Of a stretch of 64,000 nucleotides of DNA, positions 25,622-39,513 are shown piece by piece (position 1 is the stretch's first letter; each line of letters starts with the position of its first letter). Origin of the DNA: Botryllus schlosseri (lineage: Eukaryota); assembly GCA_051294905.1 (NCBI GenBank), contig CM119371.1:35776001-35840000 (forward strand), given 5' to 3'. The notes beneath the pieces are model-generated. The model did no database searches and was not told where the DNA came from. It worked only from the letters and a program-made list of their open reading frames with translations. The position numbers and the translations under genes are program-made.

Positions 25622-27125
25622 TAAGGCAAGTTTTTGCAACTTTTGCAACTTTTTTACAGCTTCCGACAGCTTCCCAGACACTCAGAATCTATGTACAGTA
25701 GGGCTGTTCAAAAATAACTTTTTTCTCCCGATTCAAGCCGGTCACCTCTTAAATCGTCAGGTTGCAGTAGAAAACCTTGCTCACCAAATTTCACTCGATT
25801 CCAACCAGTAAAGGCCTCCGCAGATCCAATTAAAATTTTTAACTTATTATGGAAAATTTTAAAAAAAAAAATCCAAATTTTTCTGCCAACCCCATGAAAT
25901 TGTTGAGCTGTCTTCAAAGACGTTGCAAATCAAATTTGAGTCAATTCCGACCAGTAGAAGCGGAGTTATGTGAGTTTTTCGTTGATAAATCGCGGATTAT
26001 CCACCAATCAAGGATAATCCGAGAAATATCATTGAAAAACTCACATAACTCCGCTTCTACTGGTCGGAATTGACTCAAATTTGTTTTGCAACGTCTTTGA
26101 AGACAGCTCAACAATTTCATGGGGTTGGCAGAAAAATTTGGAAATTTTTTTTTTTTATTTTCCATAATAAATTAAAAATTTTAATTGGATCTGCGGAGGT
26201 CTTTACTGGTTGGAATCGAGTAAAATTTGGTGAGCAAGGTTTTCTACTGCAACCTGACGATTTGAGAGGTGACCGGCTTGAATCGGGAGAAAAAAGTTAT
26301 TTTTGAACAGCCCTAATGTACAGTACAATGATGCTTTAAGCTGTTTGGAGGGATTTTATAGTGCAACTTTTTGCAACGTTTCTCTATTTTTCGTGACAAT
26401 TTTTACTGCAACTTTTATCAAATATAGCGTTAAAATGTGAAGAAGTGATTTCAAAACATGCTATAAACTATTTCTAGTCTGGTTGATTTGCAAAACAAGA
26501 AGGTAAATGATGGGTTAGCTGCATCTCACATTATCTATGACACAATGGCTTGCAAGCAAGAAGTTTAACTACTCCTTCAAAGCTTGACCGTGACCGTGCC
26601 CGAACAATATGCAAATAGTTCGCTTTAATAATTTTGTCGTTTTAAATTGGAAATAGTTTCACGAGCGCCCGGTCGAGACCGTCGAAAATTACATTTTCAC
26701 TAAGCCACCTTTTTCAGGCTATTGCTTTTGTTAAAGTCACCGAGAGTGAGTTTTTTGTAATGCCTTGGGTCGAGTTTGCAGACATAGGGGTTTTTCGGTG
26801 TGTTATTTGACATGCTTTAGGGCGAGAAGGTTATAGCTATGCTGTTTTTTTATTGGGATGGGGGGAATTATTCCCGCATTGCCTAATTGTCTTGCTATGA
26901 GCCAGAAGAAATGTAATTTTTGGCGGCGTCGCCAGACCGTGCGTTAAATGGCAATAAAGTAACAAATTTGACAGATCTGCAGGAACTAGGTTATAAAGCG
27001 GAACCTTTCGAGTACCTTATACCCTAATAATTTAACAAAAATTACAAATGCTACTTTTTACTGCAACTTTTATTCAAATTAAATGCAACTTTCTCGCGAT
27101 TTTAGTGCAACAAAAACTTGCCCTA
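25622..27125. mobile_element. Non-autonomous TIR element with TGCAACTTTT subterminal motifs, host of the palindromic MITE
   Basis: Termini TAAGGCAAGTTTTTG and CAAAAACTTGCCCTA. A related terminus occurs near 48618. No clear TSD. Confidence 0.5.
25699..26315. mobile_element. 617-bp near-perfect palindromic MITE (hAT-type)
   Basis: Arms of ~300 bp are inverted around a ~9-nt loop near 26007. Termini TAGGGCTGTTCAAAAA; perfect 8-bp TSD ATGTACAG (25691-25698 and 26316-26323). Confidence 0.92.
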
Positions 27126-29236
27126 ATGATGATATCAGTAATTTGAGACCATTTCGTATTTGGAGTACAGTGCCCTTCATTGTGATTTACATTTCCCTGG
27201 GAAGAATCAATATATATATATACCTTCAGTACGCCAGTTCCGTTAAAGAGCAACGGAATTCAAGAAAGGTTTCGCATGAGTGAACAAGATGGTAAAATTA
27301 AAGGTTAAGCATCTCGGTTCAATTGAGTTAATAACGCAACAACTAATATATTCCCTGGACGTTCCGCGTTCCTTTAGCAATCACGACAGTGTAATATACC
27401 TAATAATAACAACAACTGCAAATAGGATCACAAGTCATCGATTTTGTTTTGTCATTTCATCAATAACTAATCCATTCTAACGAAGCCCGAAACATGGGAT
27501 TACGTTATATATCAAACTCAAATGTGCTCGCTGGCCAATTTCCTAGTTTTTGATTACGCCGCAAGCCGCAACATCGATCGGGGTTTTATGTCTGTCCGAG
27601 TAGGCCTTCTTGTTTGACGGGATGAAATTGCCTAACTGAACATGTTTTGCAGATGACATTTCACACACACCGAGAAAATGAGATTTACTATTGTAGCAAT
27701 TTACACCTGCCACAAAAAAGACATTCATAAATATTTGAATAAAATTGTCCTTACTGCATAATTGACAGGAAGGAAGCATAATTTGTCAAACTTGTGAGAT
27801 ACAGACACCATGCGAGAGGACCAATGCATCACGACATTATCGAATGTAAACATGTTTGATTGTATAGATTCGATAATGTCATCATAAAAGCTGTCGCATT
27901 TTAATTTTGCACCATAGCGGACACCAGACGTGCCACGACACAATATGTTAGAGTAGTTTGTTGCGTCCATGGTTGTAACAAAGTTACGGCGTTCCGGGTC
28001 AAATGTCCTATTCTAATTTAAATTTTGACGCAAGTCGTTTAATTGGTCACCGAGTAACTTCGAAAGGGCAAATCCAAGTCACAATTTCCAGTCGCGAACC
28101 ATATACGATTCATGTTTTAACATCAATAGGCAAAGTGACGTAATAGCCGAAATTCCACCTCATAAGAGCGTTTGGAACTGATGTGATAGTAGAGTTGATG
28201 AGTAGTTTGAGATTTTTGAAGCAATAATAGACTGCATTTCTACTTTTAATATCCGAAAAAGACAAGTGGCATATTAAATACGATCTATTCCTTGTATATA
28301 GGTGGATAAAACCGCAATTAATGTATCGATTCAGGAATCCGGCCCACCAAGTGATTCATTTTCCCATATCCGGCCTGCCGAATGAAATTGTCCGTCCCTG
28401 AGCTATACCATGGAGCTATATCGTGGCAGCGATTTCGCGCGGGTTAAGCTGCGTAGACGCGCAGCCTCGCCGCCATAGAAATTCTCGTGGTCAAATATAT
28501 TAATCCGGAATTTGGTTAGGTAAGAATCCCAATGCTCTACGACTAGATCTTTTCCCCGTAGGCCGTCATTGCTGGTATTACCCCTAGCCACGAGCACGTC
28601 TTTACCACGACGAAGGCGGCTTCAAAAGATTCAAAACCAACCCCACCTGAACTAATAACTCCCTTCGGTCGCAAAAAAAAAACGAATCTACTTGCGTACC
28701 AACCGGAAGAACTTCGCGTACCACTAGTGGTACGCGTACCAGAGGTTGGGTATCACTGAATTACAGAGACTATCAAAAGGAAATTGGCGACGGCCCAAAA
28801 TTGTTTTCCAGATTTTATCATTAATTTAGGACCACATCATATTTGGAGTGCAGTGACATTTAATGTAATGTACATTTTCTCTGCACGAATCAATATATAT
28901 ATATATATATCTACCGAACTTCGTATTTGACAAATTTCTTAGGACTATACAGTGTGCATGATAACGTTTGAAAGTGATGTGATCGTGAAATTTGAAGAGT
29001 CGTTTAAGGTTTTTGGAGCAATTTTAGAGTGCGTCTTTACTTTTCATACCCGGAAAAGATATTTGGCACTTCAATACTGCAAAATACTTGATAATCCATA
29101 ATTTCGATGCGGTCCGCACAAATTGTTCTGGCGAACTGCGTGTCCGAGACCCCTGTTTTGCATTCGACCGGCACGAGCCAAATTGAATTGCACGCATTTA
29201 TTATGTAGCGAGGCAATATTTGAAGATAGCATCAGT

Positions 29237-31313
29237 GGTACGTGGACATATTAGCATGCGACACAATAGCAAGCGACATTTGAGCATGCGACACTTGAGC
29301 GTAGCGACTTTTGGTCATGGCGACTCGTGGGCATGTAGACATATCAGCACAGGGACATATTAACATGAGGACATATTAGCATGGGGACACATAAGTATAG
29401 GGACACACGAGCATGGATACACGTGAGCATAGGGACACGTCAACATGGTGACAATTTAATAAGTGCCACTTGAGCATGGTGACACATGAGCATGCGATAC
29501 ATGAGCCTTGACGACACATGAGCATGGGTACACAAGAGCATGGGCACACATGCGCATATGGACACATGGGCATGGGGACATAAGAGCAAATGTGCACATG
29601 AGCATGGGGTCATGTACGCATGCGACACTTGAGCATGCGACACGTCTACATGCAGACACTTGAGCATGCGACACGTGGATATGCAGACACTTGAGCATGC
29701 GACACTTGGGCATGCGACATTTGGGCATGCGACACTTGAGCATGCGACACTTGAGCATGTGACACTTGAGCATGCGACACTTGAGCATGAGACACTTGAG
29801 CATGCGACACTTGAGCATGCGACATTTGAGCATGTGGGCATGCTACACTTGAGCATGCGACACTTGGGCATGCGACACTTGGGCATGCGACACTTGAGCA
29901 TGCGACACTTGAGCATGCGACACTTGAGCATGTGACACTTGAGCATGCGACACTTGCGTGTCTTAAGCGACTTTTGAGCATGCGACACTTGAGCATGTGA
30001 CCGTATAGATTTGTCTGAAAAGCTCCAAATATCAAGGTAAAGCGATAAAGGTTGTCATTGCTCCACATATATTGGAATCGTTTACACGTATCAGACGAAC
30101 TAAAAGAATATATCCTTTTGTGTGACGAAAGCGATTGCAAATTCGCATTTCGACACGGGACTTGTTATATTATTTTAGTTTTACGTGCCGTGGGTGGGTA
30201 GGGGGGACATCAGGGTTGGAGGTGGGTTAGGGTTATGATTATGGTTAGGTTAGGGTTAGGATTAGGGTTAGCTTAGGGTTAGGATTAGGGTTAGGTTAGG
30301 TTAGGGTTATGATTAGGGTCCATGTTGGAGTTAAGGTTTCCCAAGATTAGGGTTGGGGGGATGGATATTAGGGTTGGTTAGGGTTAGAGTCAAGGTATCC
30401 CAAGATTAGGGTTTGGGGGTGATGAGTATTAGGGTTGGGAGGGGGATATTAGGGTTGGTTAGGGTTAGGGTTAGGGTTAAGGTATCCCAACATTAGGGTT
30501 GGGGGTGATGAGTATTGAGTATTAGGGTTGGGAGGGGGGATATTAGGGTTGGTTAGGGTTAGGGTTAAGGTGTTAAGGTATCCCAAGATTAGGGTTTGAG
30601 TTAGGGTTACGATTAGGCTTTGCGTTAGGGTTACGGTATCCCAAGATTAGGGTTGAGGTGATGGGTATCAAAGTTGGGAGGGGGGATATTAGGGTTGGAG
30701 GAGGGGAGATATATCATTTTCGGACTGGTATAAATCCATGATTTTGACGCTAGTTAACTACACACTAAGAAATGACAAATGCTCAAGTGTCGCATGCTCA
30801 AGTGTCGCATGCTCTAGTGTCGCATGCTCTAGTGTCGCATGCTCTAGTGTCGCATGCTCAAGTGTCTCATGCTCAAGTGTCTCATGCTCAAGTGTCGCAT
30901 GCTCAAGTGTCGCATGCTCAAGTGTCGCATGCGCAAGTGTCCCCATGCTCATTTGTCACCATGCTAACATGTCACCATGCTCATATATCACCATGCACAA
31001 GTGTCAACATGCTGAAGTGTCCCAATGGTTATGTGCCCCCATGCTCACTTGGTACCATGCCCATGTGTAACCATGTTGATTAGTCCCCATGCTAATGTGT
31101 AACCATGCTCAAGTGTCGCATGCTAATATGTTTCCATGCCCATGTGTCGCCTTGCTCATGTTTCACCATGCTGATATGTCCCCATGCGCATGTGTCCCCA
31201 TGCTCATGTGTCCCTATGCTCATGTGTTACCATGCTAATGTGTCCTCATGCTATAGCGTCGCATGCTAAACTGTCGTTTTTCGTTGTGTCGCATGCTCAT
31301 ATGTCGGGCAACC
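29237..31313. mobile_element. Mutator/foldback-like non-autonomous element: inverted 15-bp tandem arrays around a TTAGGG-like core
   Basis: Perfect 9-bp TSD AGCATCAGT (29228-29236 and 31314-31322) and GG...CC termini. The left arm is (CACTTGAGCATGCGA)n and the right arm is its reverse complement. Confidence 0.85.
30190..30705 (+). repeat. Degenerate telomere-like (TTAGGG/GGTTA)n array inside the foldback element
   Basis: Many TTAGGG units interspersed with a recurring GGTATCCCAAGATTAGGGTT motif. Confidence 0.85.
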
Positions 31314-34300
31314 AGCATCAGTATTTACGACACCAGAAATCATAATAGAAGATTCCTTCCCTAGGTACCTGAATCGGAATCATAGCCTGTCGGGACTTCA
31401 GACTGTACTGAAGTTCTAATATTGGTCAAGGCCTGCACTCGATTCATTTTCGTATTTGCAAAATAATAATTTATTTATCGCACCATTGCATACACAAAGG
31501 ATGACCAACCCTTTTACTATTCACGGCCGCATTTCGATTGCATATGTAGCCTATGCGGCCGCATTCCAGGACATATCCGTAATAAACTAATTTGATACCA
31601 AATACCCCTTTCAAATTCTCCGTGTCTGGTGAACCCTGAACGACGGTCCACATACGGTATTCCAAACTTTGCACGAGCCCCTTGAGCATTGCTGAAGTTT
31701 TGCTTGGTACTTGATTGCGCAATGGTGAACGCAAAATTAATTTTACAATACGCACGAAATCGCTTACATTTATGTCATGAAGAATCAGTGCCTAATGTGC
31801 GTTGATACTCCAGCCTCGCGAAGCGAGAAAATATTTCAAAGTAACGGAGTTTAGTCGATATCATGAGTATACTTGCACATATCGCATGTATTCCGGGTCG
31901 CATATGTATCACGGGGCTCACGCGTCGATCATTATCTGCCTCAATTTCTTCGCTCTTGGGAGCTCATCTGCGGAGTCACGTGCTCGCCAAAATTTAATTT
32001 ATCCTGATGTGAACTGACTACTCCGTTTTCTAATAATGACGAATACAGTTCGACTCATTTAGTATCTTAGGTGTATCTGTTAATTTATCCGGAGAGTTAA
32101 AAACCGGAGTGTTAGAAAAAGCAAGAAATATAGGGGCATTTAATCGGACGAGGTGCGACAAACAACATCAAACTAAATCAGTCTGCTGCGAAATCGACAT
32201 TTTAGGTGATTCTGCATTTTCGGAATAAATTAAGTCGGCAATTGATTTGATTTTCATGATAATATATCTAGTGTCAAAATTACCTCGCGGGCCACCCAAA
32301 AGCCTTCTCGCGGGTCAAATGTGGATGGCAATTCCTGAGATATGTACTCAGCGAATTATTTGAAGACCATATATTACTTTACGACTTTAAGGTGTCTGAA
32401 CAATCGAGTGCTTCGGTTCCTGTTGACACCAAGTTCGTCGTGGTCATATGACCGGTACCAATCATTGTTCGCATCTAGGATATTGCAGGTTTCTAGAGAG
32501 ATCGCACAGTGAAAGGCTTGTATTCACCTGAACGCAATGAAAGTACGATGAAGACCAAAAAATACTAATGCAGGAAGTATGGAAGCAGAATATGCGACAA
32601 ATCGATTGATACGTCTCCTATTTACATTCTGTGAATAATGGTGTCACGTTAGCAAGAATCCAGCGTGCAACACAATATCAAAATTCCTCACAATTCACCA
32701 AGGAAATTAGTTTCTCATGACAAAATAGTCGACGGGTAATCTCGGGTTATTCGTAGTCTTCTTTTAAAGTTTCGTGGACATGACTAATCGCTTGCTCTTT
32801 GTACTTCCCTCTTTTAAAATTGGTAGCATTTTGGAGCGCCAAAACGGCGTCGACAAGACATCTCACGCCGTTGCTATAATCTCCCACGCGCAAGTGAACC
32901 TCGCCTTTCAGTTGAAGCAAGGCCCAGCATCCCAGTTTCTTTGGAACCAGTTTCGTCCGTGCTTTCAATCCCTTCTTCCACGTATCGCAAGGCAACTCGG
33001 AACATATTCACCTTATTGCAAGTATCGGCGATATAGCCCGCGCATTTAGCAATATCGTTGGCTTTTCTTAGACGCCATAATTCCGTCGGCGTGCACTCGA
33101 TCAGTTTAGCTGCTTCGTAGACTTCAGCCATAAATGCGATGGCGTAATCTTGACTAAAACGACGTTCATACGCGTCCTCCGCCTCGCTCATTATCTGCGC
33201 GAGATCGTAGATATTCTCTACGACCCTCACGTGCCAATCAAACAAATCAGTTGGCAATAACATTCCCTTACAGGCCTCCAGTACAACTCTATATAGAAGA
33301 ACCGCTTCTACCAGTCGGTCTTGCTCCACCATGTTATTCCCCCATTCGTGCGTGTATACTGGCGGTATCGCGCAGACGCTTGATGCATCTATGAAACCCA
33401 ACACGCTTATCTCAGATCGCAAGCCGTTCCCTTAGATGATCTCACGTTCTGCTTGTAGCAATAGCGCCTCCAAGTCGAAGCATTCCTGTTTGCTGTTAAA
33501 CCTTTTCAATACTCTTGCGGCTACTTCGAAGTGCTTCTGTTGACGTGACGTGTACCCTGATCCTGTTGAAATGAGTAGCCCATGAGATGTGGAGATAGAA
33601 TTATGTCCGGTTACTGTTGTTCGAAACCGCAATCCAAAATCATGGCAAGAGGTTTATAAGTCGCAGTTGTTCGCAGGGAAGCAGATAATACAAGGCAAGA
33701 CAACTCTGCGTGGTTGCTTGGAGAATCCGGATTGGTAGACATCATCCTCTAACTCGGAGGTCACGAAGTTAAATGTGTTACCGATCAGAGTGGTGGTCTT
33801 CAACATTTTTGACCTCGCGGGCGAACGGTAAACAATAAAATATATGTTTAGGACCTGTAAACCTTTAACAACGAAAATTCCCCCTACATTTAATTAGGGC
33901 AAAATGCAAGCAGCCAAAATGTAATATTGGAAACTTCATTTCATGATGTGTTTTTGATAGTGTATATTATTACGTGGTTCTATTGAAGTCTCTACAAGGA
34001 CAAGCTCACGCCTCACTGTTAAAGATCACTCACCTGATTGTCATCGTTCGGTATCCTTTGGTAGAAATGCGTCACTGACAAGCACAGCTCAGTTTCACGG
34101 TCAGAATTTAACCAATTTTGTTTAAAGGTTCTAGTAGCTTTCATAAAACTAGTCCAAAACGAGTTGTAGGCTACTTTCGTACAATTTCATATAACACTTG
34201 CATCGTCGTGACACACGCCAAAAGTAGACCTTGGAACTTTCTATTTCGACGCCATAGAAAAATACGTCCCACACTTCAGTATATATTTCTATTTTGATGC

Positions 34301-34689
34301 TTTATTACTCCAATTACTGAACAATCGTCTGACCTTTTGCAATTCGGAATTGATATAAAAAATTCTAATATATCGAACGGACCGGCAGGAAACTTGTCAC
34401 GGACCGGTACCAGCACGCAGACAGGCGGTTGAGAACCACTGGTCTAGGGTATACAAAGGAATGCATCATTACAATATAGCGGTGTTCAAAGGACCTGGCC
34501 GGCCGCGTGTTTTCAACTCCATTTCCACTTATGTTCAAAATTAGTTACAGTTGCTACTTGAGATGTGGAATAGTGTGGATTAGAGGTTCCCGACCGCCGG
34601 TCCAGCAAATATGTTAGAATGTTATAACTCATTTTCCAAATGCAAGAAGAAATAAAATATCCAATTTTAGTTGATTTTTAGAAGTTTAG

Positions 34690-35410
34690 GACGTAATTGT
34701 CTGCATGGTGTCGTAACAGAGGGTTCATGGTCTGCTTTGAGCGAACGTCAAAATGGTGCAAATGTTGTATCAACCTGTTTTTAATCACGTCAGTGGACAT
34801 TAACAGGAGTTCGCGAGCTACTCCTTGCAAAAACTTTAATAGACAATGTATCAATGCACGAGCAACTCTACGCAATATGAAACTAGAAATCGCCAAGTTT
34901 ATGTATCAGTTCCTCTGCGGTCGTTGACCGAATATTTCAATGACTTTTTCACCTCGGAATCAAAAGCGCACAAGTACAACACACGCGAGTCCACGTCGTC
35001 CAAATATCATATGATCGACCGAAAAGATCATCGCTCCATCAAATATGCCGGACCTAATGTGTGGAACAGTATCCCGCCGGCTATACGACAGTCGACGAGC
35101 ATGTCCACATTCAAATCGAAAGACAAGCAATTAGCCTACTACTAATTGAATACTAATGCATCCTCAAGATTACCGGACCACGACTGACCTATCGATCTCA
35201 CCTTCCATGACATGCCACTCCATTTTGTCGCTTGCTTTTTTCTATACTATCTTCTTTACTTTTTAATCAGTGTGCATGCCTCCTCTTTACATCGCCTAGG
35301 CCAAGGTGGGTGTCTGATTCCATAAACTACTCCAAGTCGCTTCGACAACTTCCTATCTTTTCAGTGATGTATTGAACTCATAAAATTGGTAATAAACCAA
35401 TGATGATGAA
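34690..35410 (+). mobile_element. 3' end of an L2/CR1-group LINE in intron 3 of gene B
   Basis: ORF2 C-terminal motif HKYNTR...SIKYAGPNVWNSIPPAIRQSTSMSTFKSK, then a 3' UTR, AATAAA and a (TGA)n tail. 5' boundary approximate. Confidence 0.75.
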
Positions 35411-35782
35411 CTATTAGGAATAGGACGTTATACATTTTGTCCATGTGATTTTTCCTTCAGTAGAACCAAGTATATAAATATCTAACATTGAAATTGCAGC
35501 ATTATATTGAGTTCCAATATTACCTATGAGTTGCATACATCTGTCGTAAATAAATCAATTGATGATTTGATTTCTGAAGGTTAACCGGTCCGCGAGGTCA
35601 AAAAGGCTGAGAACCACTAGTTTAGTTTAGACGCTATAACTGTTGAGCACACATCTACTGTCAATGGCGATAGGCCTATGTCATACCTCCGTATAAAGCC
35701 TCACTTCGTCGAAGCACTTCAGCCGTAGCGCAAACGAGGTCTGACTGAGCTGAATAAAAACAAATTTGTCGCATCATCCATC

Positions 35783-36754
35783 CAGTGTTGGGATCAAGTC
35801 ACCACCTTCGAGTCACGAGGCATCTCGAGTCATTGCAAATTAAGTCAATCGATTTACGAAGGTGACTCGAGTCAAGTCAAGGTACTCGATTTTTGGAGGT
35901 AACTAGAGTCAAGTCAGGTGAAGTCAAGTCACGAGTCAAGTCGCAAGTCAAGACAAGTTGTCTTTTCGAAGTACGAGGTAAGATCAAGTCATTGCATTCG
36001 CTATTCAGTTTAAATAGAGAACCGAATATAGAATTGAATAAACATGCTAAAATGCATGTTTAGCTCACGCATGCGTAGAATTGCAAAGCATGTCAGTAAC
36101 TGTACAGGTGTACATCTCCCGTCTATAAAATTATCCGCCAAAATAAAGATTAGAATACGAAACCGGAGATAGTAGAAATGAATTGATATGATGCACTACC
36201 CCATTAGCCTACATATCTATGCTATGCAATTTAAGCCCCCGCCAATGGTTGACGAATATTATAAACTATATTCGAGTGTAATTTAAATCATACAGGAGGT
36301 TTGTTTAAGGCGATCACCGGGTACCAATGACCCATGAGCCTGACCACTGACCAGTCTCTACAACAGAGATTGATGCTTTGCTATTATATCGCTTTCCTAC
36401 TAGTTAACAACAATGTACTCTGCCAGGTCCAATGATTTCGTTTGTGGTTAATTTACTTGTGATAGAACAACAGAGGTTCAGTAAAACGCAAAATAATTGA
36501 ATGAATGAAACTGGTCGCTCCCACTGGTCACATCAGCATATCGCAAACAATCCGAACTCATGAAAATACAGATATTTTTGTCGACACCGACTACTTAATG
36601 ACTTGAAAATTTTTGTAAATTTTTCTCCGGGTCACGAGTCTATCCACATTTTTGAAACGCCGAGTCAAGGCAATTCATTTCTGTAAAGTGACTCGTTCAA
36701 GTCAAGTCAAACGAAAACGGTGATTCGAGTTTGACTCGAGTCATCCCGATACTG
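35783..36754 (-). mobile_element. GACTT/GACTC-array MITE, inverted copy, in intron 2 of gene B
   Basis: CAGTGTTGGGATC ... CATCCCGATACTG; reverse-complement match to 56787-57719. Confidence 0.8.
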
Positions 36755-39054
36755 CGACAATCCTATGAATTACCATGCAAAAATTTTCGAAATTCTCGAT
36801 GAAAATATGTCCACCATTAAAGTCAAGTAATTCCCTCTTACTTCGTTTCTCGGTAGGCTTCGTTCCCACTTTGCCAGAGCCGTTTCTGCTTCCGGACGCG
36901 GTCGATTCTGTGCTGTCTTGAATCCCTTCCTTGTATTTAGAGCCAGCACTTTCTCTCTCGTTAACCTCAACAGCTTTCGCGTTGGGACCGATCGAACCTG
37001 CCCTAAAATTAGATTTAATTTATAGTCTGGACGATTGCTGCTCCGTCTGGTAAGTGAATAGGTTCGATAACACACATACCGACATAAACGCAGAGGTAAA
37101 CTGGGCAGCAATCCAAAATTTCCAGGGTACTCATGTAGGTTTTGTCTGCTCCACCTTTTACCCAAAGTGGCTATGTTATTTCCACTTGTACTATAGTTCT
37201 GTGAGCTAAATTTCTTTCAAAGTTTGTCCATTAGTTAAAACTATTATTTTATGATTTAGTATGGCCCTTATCAATAGAAATGAGGATCCAAAACGTTCAA
37301 ATTTTAGTTATGACTTTGTGAAATTACTTGTTATTATCTTGATTGAATAGCAAATCGTTTTATGGTTCTTATACCAACGACAGTTGCTTGTACCGCTAGC
37401 TAGTTAATTAACATCCACAATACATTGTTACAATAGCTTTCATATGACAACCATCACAAAAACTTTGAAGCCGACAGATATGGGAAGGAGAGAGACTCCT
37501 GAAATATTGTTATGCTCGAGTGATTGTAGTGAAAGGTAGCGACATTTACCTTGGGCTAAATATACTGTCGCTATACAAACAAAATCATAAACAGCTATCT
37601 GGATCCTTTGCAATTCATTTGAGATTAATTAATATTTGCTCAGATAGTATACACGATGTTTTGACACAATATTCATCCAAATTTGAAAATTGAAGTTGAC
37701 GATTCGTATTTTCAGGTTGATTAAACATGAAATCACCCTAAAATCTAGACTTACTGCAGTCTCAGGAACACGTACCTGAAGTCATGTTGGTAAAACTAAG
37801 ATTTCCCATGTTTTTATTACATAGGCAAACATAATAATTTAATATTTTTTGTTACATAGTGAATATACCCCCTGCATCACGTAACAACCCGTCGACCAAA
37901 TCATCATTTTGAAACTATTTCACGACTATTTTTTATATCTTTGCTTTATCCCACTTGAAGTAGGTTCGAGATGTCATGGACCTCAATTCTTCGACTTGCA
38001 ATCAAGTATATATTTCCGTTATACCAATGCTGACTACTTCGACTATACCTCCGCATACACTTCACTAGCGCAAGCGCAGTTAACGCAGTAAAAAAAATAT
38101 ATAGCACACTCACCTGTTATGAGCCATGGCTTTTGAAATCTTTTCCGTTACTGCAGGTAATGGTGCAATGGTAAATTAAATTAACCTATATCTAATCCAA
38201 CGACAAAATTTCTCAAACTGTGATAGAAAAGGCATTCATGAAATGACAAATATATCGCCAATGTACTTGGCTAATGTGGGAGGAATTGGACAAGGAATCG
38301 TTTTTATTTATATCGATGTGAAAAAATGGAATTGAAGATAGGGTCCGGATTTCCTATGGATATGTTCTGGACTTCAACTATGCAGATATTGCGAAATTTC
38401 ACACGTCATTCATTCATCCATTGACTCATCTTATTCTGGAATTTGGTCATGAAAAAGGCATAGCTTAACGATATCGAATTTACGTTAAAACTCTCAAGTA
38501 GAATTCCGATGCGATTAAACTCTTTGAGCTATGTTGGTCAATTATTAAGTTACCTGAGTCAGGACACATGTATGCCCGTGAGACAACACCACCATTTGGT
38601 TGGTCAGCGATATTGCACTCCTTGAGATGTGTGTGACTTTACTAACCCTCAATTTGGAAAATGATTTGGATATATCTCCCGTATGACTGTAACCGGCGCC
38701 GCATACACTATCTCATGAGATTCGTGCGCTATTCAGCAACGTCCAAAGCAATCATAGTCCCATTACTATCCTCTGCTGCTAGCTAATGTTGGACAATAAT
38801 TCTAATCTCACTAAACCACACAAGTAAAATCGACCAGTACAACGTCACTTGCAGTTTCTTCAGTGCATCCCATATTGACTGCAATCAACAACTGTACCTT
38901 TAGCCGCTGTAGCTGGTATATAATACGGAAATTCAATTATTGTCACTCGACTGCCGACGACCTCATCTGGCACGGCGTATTGAAGGCGCGAAAACCTATT
39001 GGGAATTCAGGATGCATTCTTGAACTATTGAATAGTATATTCATATTGAAATAA

Positions 39055-39088
39055 ACCCGAATATTTTCGGCTGACACTCGTCAGCGGT
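39055..39088 (-). ncRNA. Minimal type I hammerhead ribozyme motif (core intact, one stem I mismatch)
   Basis: Minus strand reads ACCG-CTGACGA-GTGTCAGCC-GAAA-ATAT-TC-GGGT. Confidence 0.55.
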
Positions 39089-39513
39089 AATCGTCAGCAA
39101 CTAGTGGAGAATTGGAAAGAACATTGTATATCAACAATCGTATCACAAAATATGACGTCACACGCGAAATCTGTAATTTCGATAATTATTCGCACAAGTC
39201 GGATTATCGAACAGATGTTTGCCGATGGCAGAATTAATGGCCTTTATGGCCTGTTAGATAATCCGATTTGTGGAAAGAATTATCGAGATGACAGATTTCG
39301 CGTCGTTGGGAAGGGCCGTTTACACTTCCGTATGTGTGCCCTGGAGTCTACTTTTATCAAAATACACCAATCCAAACTATGTCAACAAAAGGAGTTCGTG
39401 TACCACCTAAAAATAGTACATTGAACGCTCTCTCTTTCATGCTGGTGACGTCATATTTTGTGATACGATTGTTGATATACAATGTTCTTTCCAATTCTCT
39501 ACTAGTTACGATT

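Larger units (their letters stand above)
32747..38127 (-). pseudogene. Gene B, TPR-like family, disrupted; exons 38127-38114 (tentative), 37002-36842, 35749-35687, 33562-32747
   Basis: Same 2,1,1 phase plan and 63-nt exon 3. The last exon is clearly homologous to gene C (FIDASSVCAIPPVYTHEWG; GEVHLRVGDYSNGVRCLVDA). In-frame TAA at 33434-33432 and a frameshift near 32921. Confidence 0.75.

Noticed and set aside
25708..26306. Pairs of near-identical ORFs on opposite strands
   Set aside because: Artefact of the palindromic MITE.
27543..27970. Two minus-strand ORFs with a plausible acceptor (TTTTTTGTGGCAG), possible further paralogue
   Set aside because: No recognisable family motifs or 63-nt exon; cannot be supported.
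28715..28736. Perfect palindrome CGCGTACCACTAGTGGTACGCG
   Set aside because: Ordinary subterminal hairpin next to a hAT-type MITE end (GGTTGGGTATCACTG).
29600..30000. CRISPR-like regular repeats
   Set aside because: Head-to-tail units with no unique spacers, no cas genes, and a eukaryotic context.
30190..30705. True telomere or chromosome fusion site
   Set aside because: The array is degenerate, has one orientation, and is enclosed in an element with a 9-bp TSD.
29376..31083. ORFs with MLKCR / SVACS / HATLE / VSHAQ repeats
   Set aside because: These are translations of the 15-bp minisatellite arms, open in many frames on both strands.
37755..37775. Possible 21-nt phase-preserving micro-exon of gene B
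   Set aside because: AG and GTAAGT are present, but the polypyrimidine tract is weak and there is no counterpart in the paralogues.
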